Positions 20,706 to 30,444 of a DNA stretch of 64,000 nt are shown here, in pieces (positions within the stretch are counted from its first letter, which is position 1; each line of letters opens with the position of its first letter). Made by a program: the position numbers and the translations under genes. The notes under the pieces were generated by a model. That model worked only from the letters and a program-made list of their open reading frames with translations, had not been told where the DNA came from and ran no database searches. Source of the stretch: Candidatus Binatia bacterium (GTDB lineage Bacteria > Desulfobacterota > Binatia > UBA9968 > JAJDTQ01). Location: assembly GCA_963666515.2 (NCBI GenBank), contig OY762897.2, positions 3,136,001 to 3,200,000 of the forward strand. Direction: 5' to 3'.

Positions 20706-21203
20706 ATGGCCAAGCGACACCCCGCGCTGATACCGCTGTCCCACGACCACCACCACGGCTTGGCGCTGGCCCTGCGCTGCCGCAAGCACGCCCTCGGACA
20801 GCTCAATCCGGGCGACACCGCGGCCATGGAAGCGTGCGCCGCGGAGGCATCGCGTTTCTTCAACGAGAATCTGGCCGCCCATTTCGAGGCCGAAGAAACG
20901 GTCCTGTTCCCGCTGATGGCGGCCCACGAGGAATGCCGCGAACTGGTGGCCCGCCTCGAAGGAGAGCATCGGAAGTTCGCCAGGCTGGTGGCGGGCGCCG
21001 GCGGACCCGGAGGGCCGAGGAAGTTCCTGTTCGACTTCGGCGACCTGCTGGAACAGCACATCCGGAGCGAGGAGCGCAGCCTCTTCGCCGCCTTCGAGAT
21101 CCTCGTGCCCGAGGCCGACGCCGAGCGCGCGGGCCGGGAGATCAAGCGGATGCTGGAGCGGGATCAGGCCGCCGGTTCCGAGGGAGCACCCGATAAACCA
21201 TGA
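20706..21203 (+). CDS. Hemerythrin-like domain protein
   Basis: RHPALIPLSHDHHHGL, HFEAEETVLFP, HIRSEERSLF. Confidence 0.85.
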   Translation: MAKRHPALIPLSHDHHHGLALALRCRKHALGQLNPGDTAAMEACAAEASRFFNENLAAHFEAEETVLFPLMAAHEECRELVARLEGEHRKFARLVAGAGGPGGPRKFLFDFGDLLEQHIRSEERSLFAAFEILVPEADAERAGREIKRMLERDQAAGSEGAPDKP

Positions 21204-21409
21204 ACACCAAGACCGCCATCATCTCCATCGAAGACCTGACGGAAACGGCCGTCCCGGAGTTGACCGAAGCCTTCGAGAGCGCCCCGGGCGTCACCGAGGT
21301 GGACTTCTCGGTGGAACGGCAGGTCGCGGTCATCGAGTTCGATCCCGAGGTCACTCACATCGACGCGCTGATGCGGGTGGTGCTGGGGAAGGGGTACAAG
21401 GTGCTGTGA
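21200..21409 (+). CDS. HMA/CopZ-fold-like small protein lacking CxxC
   Basis: PGVTEVDFSVE...IEFDP...GYKV pattern; no Cys. Confidence 0.6.
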   Translation: MNTKTAIISIEDLTETAVPELTEAFESAPGVTEVDFSVERQVAVIEFDPEVTHIDALMRVVLGKGYKVL

Positions 21410-21451
21410 CCTTGCCGGAGCGCATCCGGATGGATGGGCTCACTCTCGATC

Positions 21452-22369
21452 TCATAGCGCCTCCAGCAACTCGCGAGGGTCGACCGAGTTGATGATCACC
21501 TCCGAGTGCGTCGCGACGACGAGCTGTGATCGATGAAGGGCGGCGGCCGTGCGAGGCTCGTGGTAGATGGCGTCCTGAAGAATCAGGTGAAGATGTGCAT
21601 CGGGCTCGTCCAGAAGAAGGACGGAACCCTCCCGCGTATTGAGAAACGTAAGCAGCATCAGGACCTGCTGGAAACCGCTGCCTGCGCTGGCGACATCAAG
21701 GGGCCGCCCTCCTTTCGTCATTCGGTACTCGGCACGGATGTACGGTCCGGTGGCGTCGGGCACCAGGAGTTCGTAGCCGAAGAGCTTCCCGATGGAGTCC
21801 TGAAGCGCAGCCCAGGCGGTATCGTCGAGGCTCGCGTCGACCAGCAGATTGCGCAACACTTCACCCGGACGGCTCATGCCGAGGATATGCTCCACCGCGG
21901 CGGGCAGATAAAGCCGCTCGTCCGTCTCCAATCCGGTCATCGGAGGCACGTAGACTACGCCGAGTTCCAGGCTGCGTAGTGTATCGGCCGGCGCGTCCGC
22001 CTTGGGCCGGACATAGATCTGCTCGGTGCTGTCGGCGATGAGCTCCATCGTCACGGACCAGCCCGTATCGTGGCGGATCTCGATCTCGATCCGCCCCCGA
22101 TACTCGCGGTCCTTCCACATCAGATCAAAGCTCAGGAGTGGGACTGCCGCGAACGCTTGGCGCGTGATGGGCGCGCGCGCATATCCCTGCCGGCGATTGA
22201 AGTCTTTGAGCTCACGCCAACGCCGGAGGGCGAGGGACCACGAGGCTATGGCCTGGAGGACCGTGGTCTTGCCGGTGTCGTTGGGACCGGCCAGGACCAC
22301 GTGTCCCGGCAGATGGAACTCCACGTCATCGAAACGCTTGAAACCCCGGATGCGGACCGTCCGTATCAC
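21452..22369 (-). CDS. ABC-type (AAA_21/OLD-like) ATPase, probably C-terminally truncated
   Basis: IRGFKRF, GPNDTGKT, GSGFQQ, LLLDEPDAHLH, ATHS, then a stop about 14 aa later. Confidence 0.75.
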   Translation of the reverse strand: MIRTVRIRGFKRFDDVEFHLPGHVVLAGPNDTGKTTVLQAIASWSLALRRWRELKDFNRRQGYARAPITRQAFAAVPLLSFDLMWKDREYRGRIEIEIRHDTGWSVTMELIADSTEQIYVRPKADAPADTLRSLELGVVYVPPMTGLETDERLYLPAAVEHILGMSRPGEVLRNLLVDASLDDTAWAALQDSIGKLFGYELLVPDATGPYIRAEYRMTKGGRPLDVASAGSGFQQVLMLLTFLNTREGSVLLLDEPDAHLHLILQDAIYHEPRTAAALHRSQLVVATHSEVIINSVDPRELLEAL

Positions 22370-22428
22370 GCACTTGCCTCCGAGAGCAGCTTGACAGCCA
22401 TCAATCCGTTCCCATGATTATCGAGGCC

Positions 22429-22797
22429 TCAACGGCCATCTGGCGCGAGATCGAAAACGATGCTCAAGGCGTCGTCGATCCTGGCCATGTCCTCGTCTCC
22501 CAAGTCGCCACGCACACCCACCAGCCGAGCACCGTGATCGACCGGCCGGGTTTGCAGGCAGTCGGCGACGGACCTCTTGGTCAAACCGTTGCGAGACGAG
22601 GGCTCGATTTCCACATTGGTGACGATGCGGGCCTTTCGTTCGCTCCATGCGGTCAGCGGCACCACCTGAATCACCGGGACACGCGCGTTGTAGGTATTGT
22701 TCGTCACGATCACGCAAGGCCGAATCTTCCCGGTCTCCGACCCCTTGGTGGGATCGAGATCAACATCAACGACCATTCCTCGAGTCAACCGGCTCAA
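22429..22797 (-). CDS. PemK/MazF family toxin
   Basis: LDPTKGSETGKIRPCVIV, VVPLT, NGLTKRSVADCLQ; TTG start overlaps the antitoxin stop. Confidence 0.9.
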   Translation of the reverse strand: MSRLTRGMVVDVDLDPTKGSETGKIRPCVIVTNNTYNARVPVIQVVPLTAWSERKARIVTNVEIEPSSRNGLTKRSVADCLQTRPVDHGARLVGVRGDLGDEDMARIDDALSIVFDLAPDGR

Positions 22798-23027
22798 GTG
22801 GGCCACTCCGCCAACGCCGCATCGGTCCATTCCCGTGCTTCATCATCATCGGCATAGACCTCGGCGTACAGATCAGCGGATTCGCGCAAGCGCTGCTGCG
22901 CCAATTCCTTGCGGAACCGGTCAAGGGCGGTCCGCACGACATCGCTCTTGTCCTTGAAGCCATACCGGCTGAATTGTGCGAGAAACTGGATATGAGATTC
23001 TTCGAGACTGAATTTCGCTTGAAGCAT
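22794..23027 (-). CDS. Putative RHH-type antitoxin
   Basis: 77 aa, upstream of mazF-like gene; KSDVVRTAL helix and acidic C-terminus. Confidence 0.75.
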   Translation of the reverse strand: MLQAKFSLEESHIQFLAQFSRYGFKDKSDVVRTALDRFRKELAQQRLRESADLYAEVYADDDEAREWTDAALAEWPT

Positions 23028-23199
23028 GCGCCCCCCTTATAAGCCCCTTCTTTGAGGTCTAATACCACGTCCCTATCATAAGCCCTGGATGATAAGAAAT
23101 CAATCCGTCACTTCAGCCAACCCCTGTGCCAAACGACCATTTGGGACAAAACCCGGCCGCCGTTGTGACGAGCCTTTCTTCTGCTAGACTTTAACCGTC

Positions 23200-26100
23200 A
23201 TGAGCGATTTACCTCATTCTGATCACGGTGACGACGCTCGCCGCGCCGTTTCGCTCGGCCCAGGCCTCCCGGAGATTCCGGAACGTTTGCTTCTGGCACA
23301 TGCGCGGGGCGAAGTACTTTTCATCTGCGGTGCGGGTATCTCACGCCCTGCGGGGCTGCCTGACTTCCGAAAACTAGTGCTCGATGTCTATGAAACGCTT
23401 GATTCAAGCGTCTACGAGATCCTTCCGAAGATCCCTAACGGCGCACTTGACACAACAGAGCCGAGTTGGTCGAAGCTCATTAACAATCAAAAGGCAGAGG
23501 TCAAGCGGTTCATTGCCGGCGAGTACGACGTGGTCCTGGGAATGCTTGAACGCCGGCTGGACGACCAGACTCACGAAAAGAGCAAAAGCACGAGCAAGGT
23601 CAGAGGAACCGTAGCGGAACTTCTACGCCAAGCAAGTGACAAACCCGCGCAAATACATCGGGCGCTCATGCGACTGGCCGACCGCGGCGGCGCCACGACC
23701 ATCATGACCACTAACTTCGATCTCTTGCTCGAAGCCGCGGCCAAGCGCCTTCGTTCTCCATTGGAGACCTACGCTTTGGGATCGATCCCGAGACCCACGA
23801 CACGCACGGAGTTCGCGGGAGTGCTCCATGTTCACGGGGCCTTGGACCGGAATCCGGCTCGCTTCTCGGACCTAGTACTGTCGGATCAGGATCTCGGCGA
23901 ATACTACCTGCGGCGGCGCATTGTTCCAGACCTGATCTACGACGCCGCGCGTCTCTTCCATCTCGTCCTGGTTGGCTATAGCGCCAACGATCCGCCGATG
24001 CGTTACCTGCTGAACGCCGTCGCTGCAGACGGAGCCCGATTCAGCGATTTGAAGGAAAGGTTTACCTTCGTTGGCTCTTGCGACCCTGTGGAATTGGAAG
24101 ATTGGAAGGCGCGGGGGATCACCCCGATCCCCTACGAGGCTCCACATGGAGATCATGGCCTGTTGCGAGACGCGCTCGAGCGGTGGGCCGAACTCTCTGC
24201 CATCAACGGAAAAACAAGAACCGTCGATGTCGAGGTAAGGCGAATAGTACGCAAGAGCAGAGCCGTCGCCTCTGAGGCTGATCGGAATCTGTTCGATCAC
24301 CTATTCCGACGAGGGCACGCAAACGACCGCATTCGCTTGGCGGGCGTGGCGTCCGCTGCCAAGGCCGAGCCTGGATGGCTGGATTCCATCATTCAGACCC
24401 GGTCCGGAAAGTTATCTGAAACAGCTATCGTCACCGGTTCATGGGCAAGGCTGACCGAAGCCGACCGGCACCAAGTCCGAGTCATGACCGCGTTTCTGAA
24501 GAACCGGCTTACGGAACCGGCCGTGATCGATTGGGCACTCAACTCAGAATACAACGAGAACGTCAAACGAATCGCAATAGACGACCTACTGAACGGTCAC
24601 GGTAGTCCTACAGTGGTGGAACCCCATGCGACCGCATGGCGCTTGATCGAGGAAAGCGGGTGCAACCGTCCAGCCGAGGACCATCCGGCGATTACATTTG
24701 TAACGATCCGTGATCGACTCAGCAACGGCGACCGTTCAGGCGCCCTGATTTCAGCGATTGTGGATCTTTTTGCGCCGCGTCTGGAAGTGAAAGCGATTGA
24801 GGAAAGACCTTGTTGGCCTTTCAAGAGGCCGCGACACCCGAAGACCTTTGAAGATCTTTTGTCGGCAAATCTAACAAGTGTCCATCTGGGTCAACTGGAC
24901 GATTATGGCGACCTCCACATCGGCAAGGTTTCAGAAGTCCCGTTCCTGAAGGAATTAGCAGACGCGCTGGCATCGGCAGTCCAGCGCGGGCTCAACATCG
25001 TCAATCGGATATACAGGACCGACGAAAGCGGCGGGGTACCCTGGGAAAGTCCTCACCGTGTGGATTTCGTTCGTCTCCCTGAGATCAGCAAGGACGTTGG
25101 CGGAGCATTCGGTCATGATGGCGATGAGCCCGATCTCTTCAATGACGGCATCGCACCTTCGGTCAAGTTGCTTCACGAAGTTGTCCTTCGCATTGCCGAA
25201 CTCAATCTAGAGGCCGCCACGCCCTTCTTCCGAAGCTGGCGGTTTTCGGGGTCTGGCGTCCACCGGCGCCTATGGGCCGCGATTGCCCGGGATGCACAGT
25301 TCGCGACACCCGAAGATGTCGGTGATTTTCTGACAACATTGTCTGACCACGAGCTTTGGAATCTGGATGAGTTTCCCGAGGTCACGGAATTGAGGGCAAA
25401 ACGCGTTCAGGAACTCCGGCGGGACGTTCAGGAAACTATTGTCCAGCGTTTGTGCAAGGGTCGTCCTCGCAAACTCTACGATAGGGCAGCGCCGGCGGAG
25501 AAAGTCAAAGCCCACCGACGGTATTGTGCTGCACGTGAGGTCAAACGAGTGGAAGTTGCCGGGGGCACGCTTCCGTACCAAACCCGTCGATGGTTGCTGC
25601 GAGAATTGACGAAATTTCCAGAACTTACACACATGCCCCTTGATCACGACTTTCCCGATCCATCGCCACATCCGGTCCCCCGCCCGTCGCCCGATGAAGC
25701 ATATGACATGCTTGAGGGCGAGGCGCGATTGCTTGAGTTGGAACGCGTTCTCTTGCACGGCCAAACTCACTGGACCGAAGACACGGCCGGACGGGCCAAA
25801 GCCTGGCTACAAAAGTCTGAAAACGTTCCGCTGATTCTCTCCGATTTCGAGTCTCTCTCCGGGACAGCCGATCATTTTCCGCAGGTCTGGAGCAGTTTCC
25901 TTAGGTGGCACGAGCCGCCCCCACCAACGCCCACAGATGAGTGGCCACGCCGTTTACCAAACGAAACGGAACGAGTCTTGCACCTCTTGAGCGCGTTACC
26001 GGAAGCGCATCTTTCCGAAGCGATTTGGGGCGTCAGCCACTGGCTCTGGCATTGGCGCAGGTATGTCATGCTTTCCGAACGAGGGTTTCCCGTTTGGCTG

Positions 26101-27192
26101 CGTGCGTGGCCGATTGCGGTCGAAGCGACGAACGCAGCGGTGGAAAAAGCGGGCGATCATGCGCCCCCCCACCGCAGGGATACGGTACCGGTTGATGTCG
26201 ACGGACTGAATCTACCTTCGGGGAAACTCGTCGAGGTATTCCTCGCCTCTTGCCCATCCCCCAAGGAGAACCCGGTTCCGTATGCTGACGACAGCCTGAC
26301 AAAACAAATGCGCGATCTCGTTATTGCGCAGAGCGGCCACAGCGGTCTTATTGCACGCTGTCAGTTGGTCGGAAGACTCCCGGACTTTTTGCGAGCCGAC
26401 CCTGACTGGACGAAAGAACACCTGATCGAACCCCTGTTGAAGGATGATTCCAGCGCGATGTGGTCCAAGATTGCGCGATGCCGATATGCCAAGTATCTGC
26501 TTGAAACGATCAGCGATACGGTCTTGAAGCGGTGTACCGATCACCGCCTCGGCAGAGAGGCCCGGAAATTGCTGGTTTCCGACCTTGTCACTGAAGCGTT
26601 GGATGCGTTCCGAGAAGGGCGTGAACCAAGGGTGCCCAATCCCCATATCTTGCAAATGCTGCGGTCCGCTGACGACGAAACCCGCGAATTCGCCGCCCAA
26701 GCGGTACGGAGCTTCTATACAGAAGCTTCACCAGTCGCTGGACGCCCGCAATCCACTGACGTCCTGTTCCGGGAAGCCGTCGCGAAATTCCTCCGGGAGG
26801 TGTGGCCCAAGGACCGCTCCTTGAAGACACCCGAAGTGAGCCGAAAGTTGTCCGGCATCCCCGCAGCCTCTAGCGGGGCTTTTGTCGAGGCCGTAGACGT
26901 GATCAAGGATTTACTTATGCCCTTTGACGGTCGAAATATGGGTGACTATGGGCTTGATGGCGAAGTCGAAACTGAGGGCGAGGTCGTCTCAAGACTATCG
27001 TTGACTGTCAGCAACAAGCGAAAGGCCGCTGCACTCCTTGCGTTGCTGGATTCGACCATTGGAGCAAAGCAAGAAACGAGGGCGCCATTTGGCCTCAGCG
27101 ACGCTCTTGACCGGATCAAGACCTTGGCGCCCGACTTGGCTGATCGCCCGGCGTTCCGAAGACTATCTACGGCTGCTCGACGACAAGGGTAG
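23200..27192 (+). CDS. Large SIR2-domain protein, Dsr1-like defence-associated sirtuin
   Basis: PEIPERLLLAHARGEVLFICGAGIS, TTNFD, LHVHG, VGYSANDP; long C-terminal region; less GC-rich codons. Confidence 0.8.
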   Translation: MSDLPHSDHGDDARRAVSLGPGLPEIPERLLLAHARGEVLFICGAGISRPAGLPDFRKLVLDVYETLDSSVYEILPKIPNGALDTTEPSWSKLINNQKAEVKRFIAGEYDVVLGMLERRLDDQTHEKSKSTSKVRGTVAELLRQASDKPAQIHRALMRLADRGGATTIMTTNFDLLLEAAAKRLRSPLETYALGSIPRPTTRTEFAGVLHVHGALDRNPARFSDLVLSDQDLGEYYLRRRIVPDLIYDAARLFHLVLVGYSANDPPMRYLLNAVAADGARFSDLKERFTFVGSCDPVELEDWKARGITPIPYEAPHGDHGLLRDALERWAELSAINGKTRTVDVEVRRIVRKSRAVASEADRNLFDHLFRRGHANDRIRLAGVASAAKAEPGWLDSIIQTRSGKLSETAIVTGSWARLTEADRHQVRVMTAFLKNRLTEPAVIDWALNSEYNENVKRIAIDDLLNGHGSPTVVEPHATAWRLIEESGCNRPAEDHPAITFVTIRDRLSNGDRSGALISAIVDLFAPRLEVKAIEERPCWPFKRPRHPKTFEDLLSANLTSVHLGQLDDYGDLHIGKVSEVPFLKELADALASAVQRGLNIVNRIYRTDESGGVPWESPHRVDFVRLPEISKDVGGAFGHDGDEPDLFNDGIAPSVKLLHEVVLRIAELNLEAATPFFRSWRFSGSGVHRRLWAAIARDAQFATPEDVGDFLTTLSDHELWNLDEFPEVTELRAKRVQELRRDVQETIVQRLCKGRPRKLYDRAAPAEKVKAHRRYCAAREVKRVEVAGGTLPYQTRRWLLRELTKFPELTHMPLDHDFPDPSPHPVPRPSPDEAYDMLEGEARLLELERVLLHGQTHWTEDTAGRAKAWLQKSENVPLILSDFESLSGTADHFPQVWSSFLRWHEPPPPTPTDEWPRRLPNETERVLHLLSALPEAHLSEAIWGVSHWLWHWRRYVMLSERGFPVWLRAWPIAVEATNAAVEKAGDHAPPHRRDTVPVDVDGLNLPSGKLVEVFLASCPSPKENPVPYADDSLTKQMRDLVIAQSGHSGLIARCQLVGRLPDFLRADPDWTKEHLIEPLLKDDSSAMWSKIARCRYAKYLLETISDTVLKRCTDHRLGREARKLLVSDLVTEALDAFREGREPRVPNPHILQMLRSADDETREFAAQAVRSFYTEASPVAGRPQSTDVLFREAVAKFLREVWPKDRSLKTPEVSRKLSGIPAASSGAFVEAVDVIKDLLMPFDGRNMGDYGLDGEVETEGEVVSRLSLTVSNKRKAAALLALLDSTIGAKQETRAPFGLSDALDRIKTLAPDLADRPAFRRLSTAARRQG

Positions 27193-27219
27193 TCATGACG
27201 GCGGCGAGGGAAAGACGAC

Positions 27220-27477
27220 ATGCCGGTTATCAGTAGATTCCTTGGGATTGTCATCGCCATGTACTGGGATGATCATCTTCCCGCACATTTCCATGCGAAA
27301 TACGGGGAGTATGAGGTAGTTGTCTACATCGCTACGGGTGTTGTAGAGGGTCGCTTTCCCCCACGGGCCCTCCGACACGTAACGGAGTGGTTCGAGCTAC
27401 ACAAAGACGACCTCTTGGATAACTGGGAAAGGTGTCGTAGAAAAGAAGCTCCCAATCCCATCGATCCGCTGGAGTAA
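27220..27477 (+). CDS. DUF4160-family protein (toxin-like)
   Basis: MPVISRFLGIVIAMYWDDHLPAHFHAKYG. Confidence 0.85.
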   Translation: MPVISRFLGIVIAMYWDDHLPAHFHAKYGEYEVVVYIATGVVEGRFPPRALRHVTEWFELHKDDLLDNWERCRRKEAPNPIDPLE

Positions 27478-27481
27478 CTCG

Positions 27482-27769
27482 ATGTTTCTTCACATTACAA
27501 AGGCGACGCCGCTGGACGGTTTTCGTGTAAAGGTGTGCTTCGATGACGGCCGCGACGGCGTGGCAGATCTTTCGGAAGCGCTGAATGGACCGGTGTTCGA
27601 GTTGTTGAAGGATCCAAAGATGTTCAGAAAATTTCGAGTGGACGAAGAACTTCAGACCATCGTGTGGCCCAATGGGGCAGATTTGGCACCGGAGTACATC
27701 TACTACCAAGCCTTTCGAGACGACCCGACGCTTCACTCCACCTTTCGCAAATGGGGATACATCACCTGA
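27482..27769 (+). CDS. DUF2442-family protein (antitoxin-like)
   Basis: FDDG...GPVFELL...TIVWPNGADLAPE. Confidence 0.85.
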   Translation: MFLHITKATPLDGFRVKVCFDDGRDGVADLSEALNGPVFELLKDPKMFRKFRVDEELQTIVWPNGADLAPEYIYYQAFRDDPTLHSTFRKWGYIT

Positions 27770-27839
27770 CCCGTCCCCGCTGTTACCGCCGGTGACCGGC
27801 ACCCGAATCCTTGGGAGGGTGGAATCGCAGGCAGCGCCG

Positions 27840-29045
27840 TCACTTGAGGAACCACGGCAGCACCCGGAACCCCTTGAAGTCGAAGCTCTCTTCTCCGCCG
27901 TGGACCAGGACGCCTCCCCGGTTCGGATTGGAGGGGATCGAGGTCCACCAAGCGAGGGTGTCGACGGCGTCGGCCGCAATCGTCCGGCCCGACTTGACCT
28001 CCATCGGGACGAGCCGTCCGCCGGCGTCGATCAGGATGTCGATCTCGTGCCCTGTGGCGTCTCTCCAGAAGTAGAGGGGTGGGTCGCGGCGCATGGCGGC
28101 GAAGCTCTTGACCAGTTCCGAGACCACGAACGATTCGAACACGGCTCCGCGTAGCGGGTGGCGCTCCAGCGTAGCGGCGTCGCGGATGTCGAGCAGGTAG
28201 CAGACGAGCCCGGTGTCGAGGAAGTGAAGCCGCGGGCGCTTGCGCAGGCGCTTGCTGTAGTTCGCGTGATTAGGCGGCAACGTGATGGCCAGATATCCGA
28301 TCTCCAGGGCCGTAAGCCAGCGTCTGGCCGTCTGCTGCGTGATGCCGACGTCACCGGCCAGAGAAACGAGATTGAGTTCTTGTGCCGTGTGGGCGGCAGC
28401 CAGCCGGACGAAGCGCTCGAAGCTCCTCGCGTCCGAGATCTGCATGACCTCTCGGACATCTCGTTCCACGTAAGCGCGAAAATAGTCGGCCAGCCACTCG
28501 CTCGCGGGAATGCCGCGGTCGTGAATGCGCGGATAGAAGCCTTGGACGAGCGTGTCCCAGAGACCCTTGCCGGGTGGACCGCCCGCGGCTCCGGTAGGAG
28601 CGACGCCGACGCGGTCGAGATTCAGCGGGTCAACCGGGTCGTTCTCCGACAACTCGGCAAGCGATAGCGGGTACAAACGGAGAAACGCCGTGCGCCCCGC
28701 CAGTGTCTGGGACACCGATTCCATCAGCAGCAGGTTCTGGGACCCGGTGAGGATGAAACGACCGGGCCGGGGGTCGGCGTCTACGAGCCCCTGAATGTAG
28801 GACAGCAACTCGGGCGCGCGCTGGATCTCGTCAAGGATCAGACGGTCGCTCTGGGCCAGGAAGCTGCGCGGGTCTTCAATGGCCCTGGCGCGAACGTCCG
28901 GCGCTTCGAGCGACACGTAGCGATGGTCGGCAAAGAGCGCCTGAACCAGCGTCGTCTTCCCGGACTGCCGGGGACCCGTAAGCGTCACGACGGGATAAGA
29001 CGCGGCAGCGGCCTTCAGCGCCTCGGTCAAATGGCGGTGCAACAT
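27840..29045 (-). CDS. AAA_14 ATPase + DUF4143 (PD-(D/E)XK-like) protein
   Basis: GPRQSGKT, LDEIQ, LTGS, LAGR, FLDTGL, EIDIL...EVKS. Confidence 0.88.
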   Translation of the reverse strand: MLHRHLTEALKAAAASYPVVTLTGPRQSGKTTLVQALFADHRYVSLEAPDVRARAIEDPRSFLAQSDRLILDEIQRAPELLSYIQGLVDADPRPGRFILTGSQNLLLMESVSQTLAGRTAFLRLYPLSLAELSENDPVDPLNLDRVGVAPTGAAGGPPGKGLWDTLVQGFYPRIHDRGIPASEWLADYFRAYVERDVREVMQISDARSFERFVRLAAAHTAQELNLVSLAGDVGITQQTARRWLTALEIGYLAITLPPNHANYSKRLRKRPRLHFLDTGLVCYLLDIRDAATLERHPLRGAVFESFVVSELVKSFAAMRRDPPLYFWRDATGHEIDILIDAGGRLVPMEVKSGRTIAADAVDTLAWWTSIPSNPNRGGVLVHGGEESFDFKGFRVLPWFLK

Positions 29046-29071
29046 TCCATCAATTTTGCCAAGGCCGTCCA

Positions 29072-29112
29072 ATCGTGTCAATTCGATGATCGGATCATCA
29101 AACTGACACGAT
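29072..29112. promoter_or_regulatory. 41-bp imperfect palindrome, operator-like
   Basis: ATCGTGTCAATTCGATGATC-G-GATCATCAAACTGACACGAT; arms match at 18 of 20 positions. Confidence 0.6.
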
Positions 29113-29177
29113 ATCCGGGGCCGGCATGAAGGACCTGCACGGCACACCGTGAGCGGTCTTTCGCTTGGCGGCAGGAC

Positions 29178-30329
29178 TCAGGAGCCGTTGGCCAGAATCT
29201 CGTGGAGATTTCTCAACGCGTGTTCGATGGGCAGGACGGTGACTTCATCCATGTAGAGAGGGCTCGGTCCGCCGAAGAAGACGAAACACCTGGCTGGAGG
29301 GTAGTCTTTCTTGAATTCCCGGAGCGCCCTGGTGTCCTTGCGCTGGATTTGAGTCGAGCGCTTGATCTCGATGGCCAGCAGGCCGCGCGGCCCGTAGAGG
29401 ACGAAATCGACTTCCAGCTCGCTTCGGGTACGCCAAAAGGAAATCTGGTAGCCGTAGTCGTGGTAGTCGTTCACGGCCCGCAACTCCTGAAGCACCAGTG
29501 TCTCCAGAGCGGGTCCGTCCAGGTCGGCGTCGGAGTCCAGCGGGCCTGTCGGCCGGATGGCCCGGAACACACCCGCATCGAAGAAATAGAACTTCTTCTG
29601 GGAGATGAGCTTCCGTTTGGCCTTGCGGGAGAAAACCGGCAGGCGCACGGCGATCAGGAGGTCTTCAAGGATGGAGAAATAGTTCTCCGCAACGGACCGC
29701 TCGATGTGCGCCTCGCGGGCAACCGCGCTGATATTGACGGTGGCTCCCTGGGAAAAGCTCGCCACCTCCAGAAAATGCGAGAAATGGCCGATGTTGCGCG
29801 TCAGGCTCTCCTGCATGACCTCTTCTCGCAGGTATGTCTGCACGTAGTCCTTGAGGTACTTCGCCGGATCGGTTTCGCTGAATCGGGCGGGCAGATGGCC
29901 CAGTTGCATGGAGTCGCGCAGGTTGAAGGCATCCCGCTGTTCCACGACCGTCAGCGGGTGCATGCGATAGGTCAAGGCGCGGCCGGCCAGCAAATTCACG
30001 CCTTTCCGCCTCAATGTCCTGGCGCTGGACCCGGTAAGGACGAAGTATAGTCCGCGGGCTTCGATCAGATCATGGACTTCGTTGAGCAACGCGGGTATGC
30101 GCTGCACCTCATCAATGACCGTCCAGCCGGCGTGGTCCGGGGGAATGAGCTGCCTGAGGTGCCCGGGGTTGGCGGACAAGCGATTGTAGTACTCGGACTG
30201 AAGCAGGTTGACGAAAAGCGCGTCGGGAAGCCGATACTTCAACCACGTGGTCTTGCCCGTGCCCCTCGGGCCAAAGAGGAAAAAACTCTTGCGGGATTCC
30301 AGGGGTCTCTTGATAAGTCGCTCGAACAC
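29178..30329 (-). CDS. AAA_14 ATPase + DUF4143 protein
   Basis: GPRGTGKT, IDEVQ, LTGSSAR, FFDAG, EVDF...IEIK. Confidence 0.88.
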   Translation of the reverse strand: MFERLIKRPLESRKSFFLFGPRGTGKTTWLKYRLPDALFVNLLQSEYYNRLSANPGHLRQLIPPDHAGWTVIDEVQRIPALLNEVHDLIEARGLYFVLTGSSARTLRRKGVNLLAGRALTYRMHPLTVVEQRDAFNLRDSMQLGHLPARFSETDPAKYLKDYVQTYLREEVMQESLTRNIGHFSHFLEVASFSQGATVNISAVAREAHIERSVAENYFSILEDLLIAVRLPVFSRKAKRKLISQKKFYFFDAGVFRAIRPTGPLDSDADLDGPALETLVLQELRAVNDYHDYGYQISFWRTRSELEVDFVLYGPRGLLAIEIKRSTQIQRKDTRALREFKKDYPPARCFVFFGGPSPLYMDEVTVLPIEHALRNLHEILANGS

Positions 30330-30392
30330 CGGCCATCCGATTCCGAAGTGTTTGAGCCATTGTAGATCAAAATGATGTAAAATGCAGTCGAA

Positions 30393-30421
30393 AACTGAAA
30401 AAATGCAGGCATTTTTCAGTT
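30393..30421. promoter_or_regulatory. AT-rich palindrome, operator-like or terminator
   Basis: AACTGAAAAAATGC-AG-GCATTTTTCAGTT, plus repeated AAAATG units nearby. Confidence 0.5.
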
Positions 30422-30444
30422 ACCAGCCGCAAAATGAGACCATT

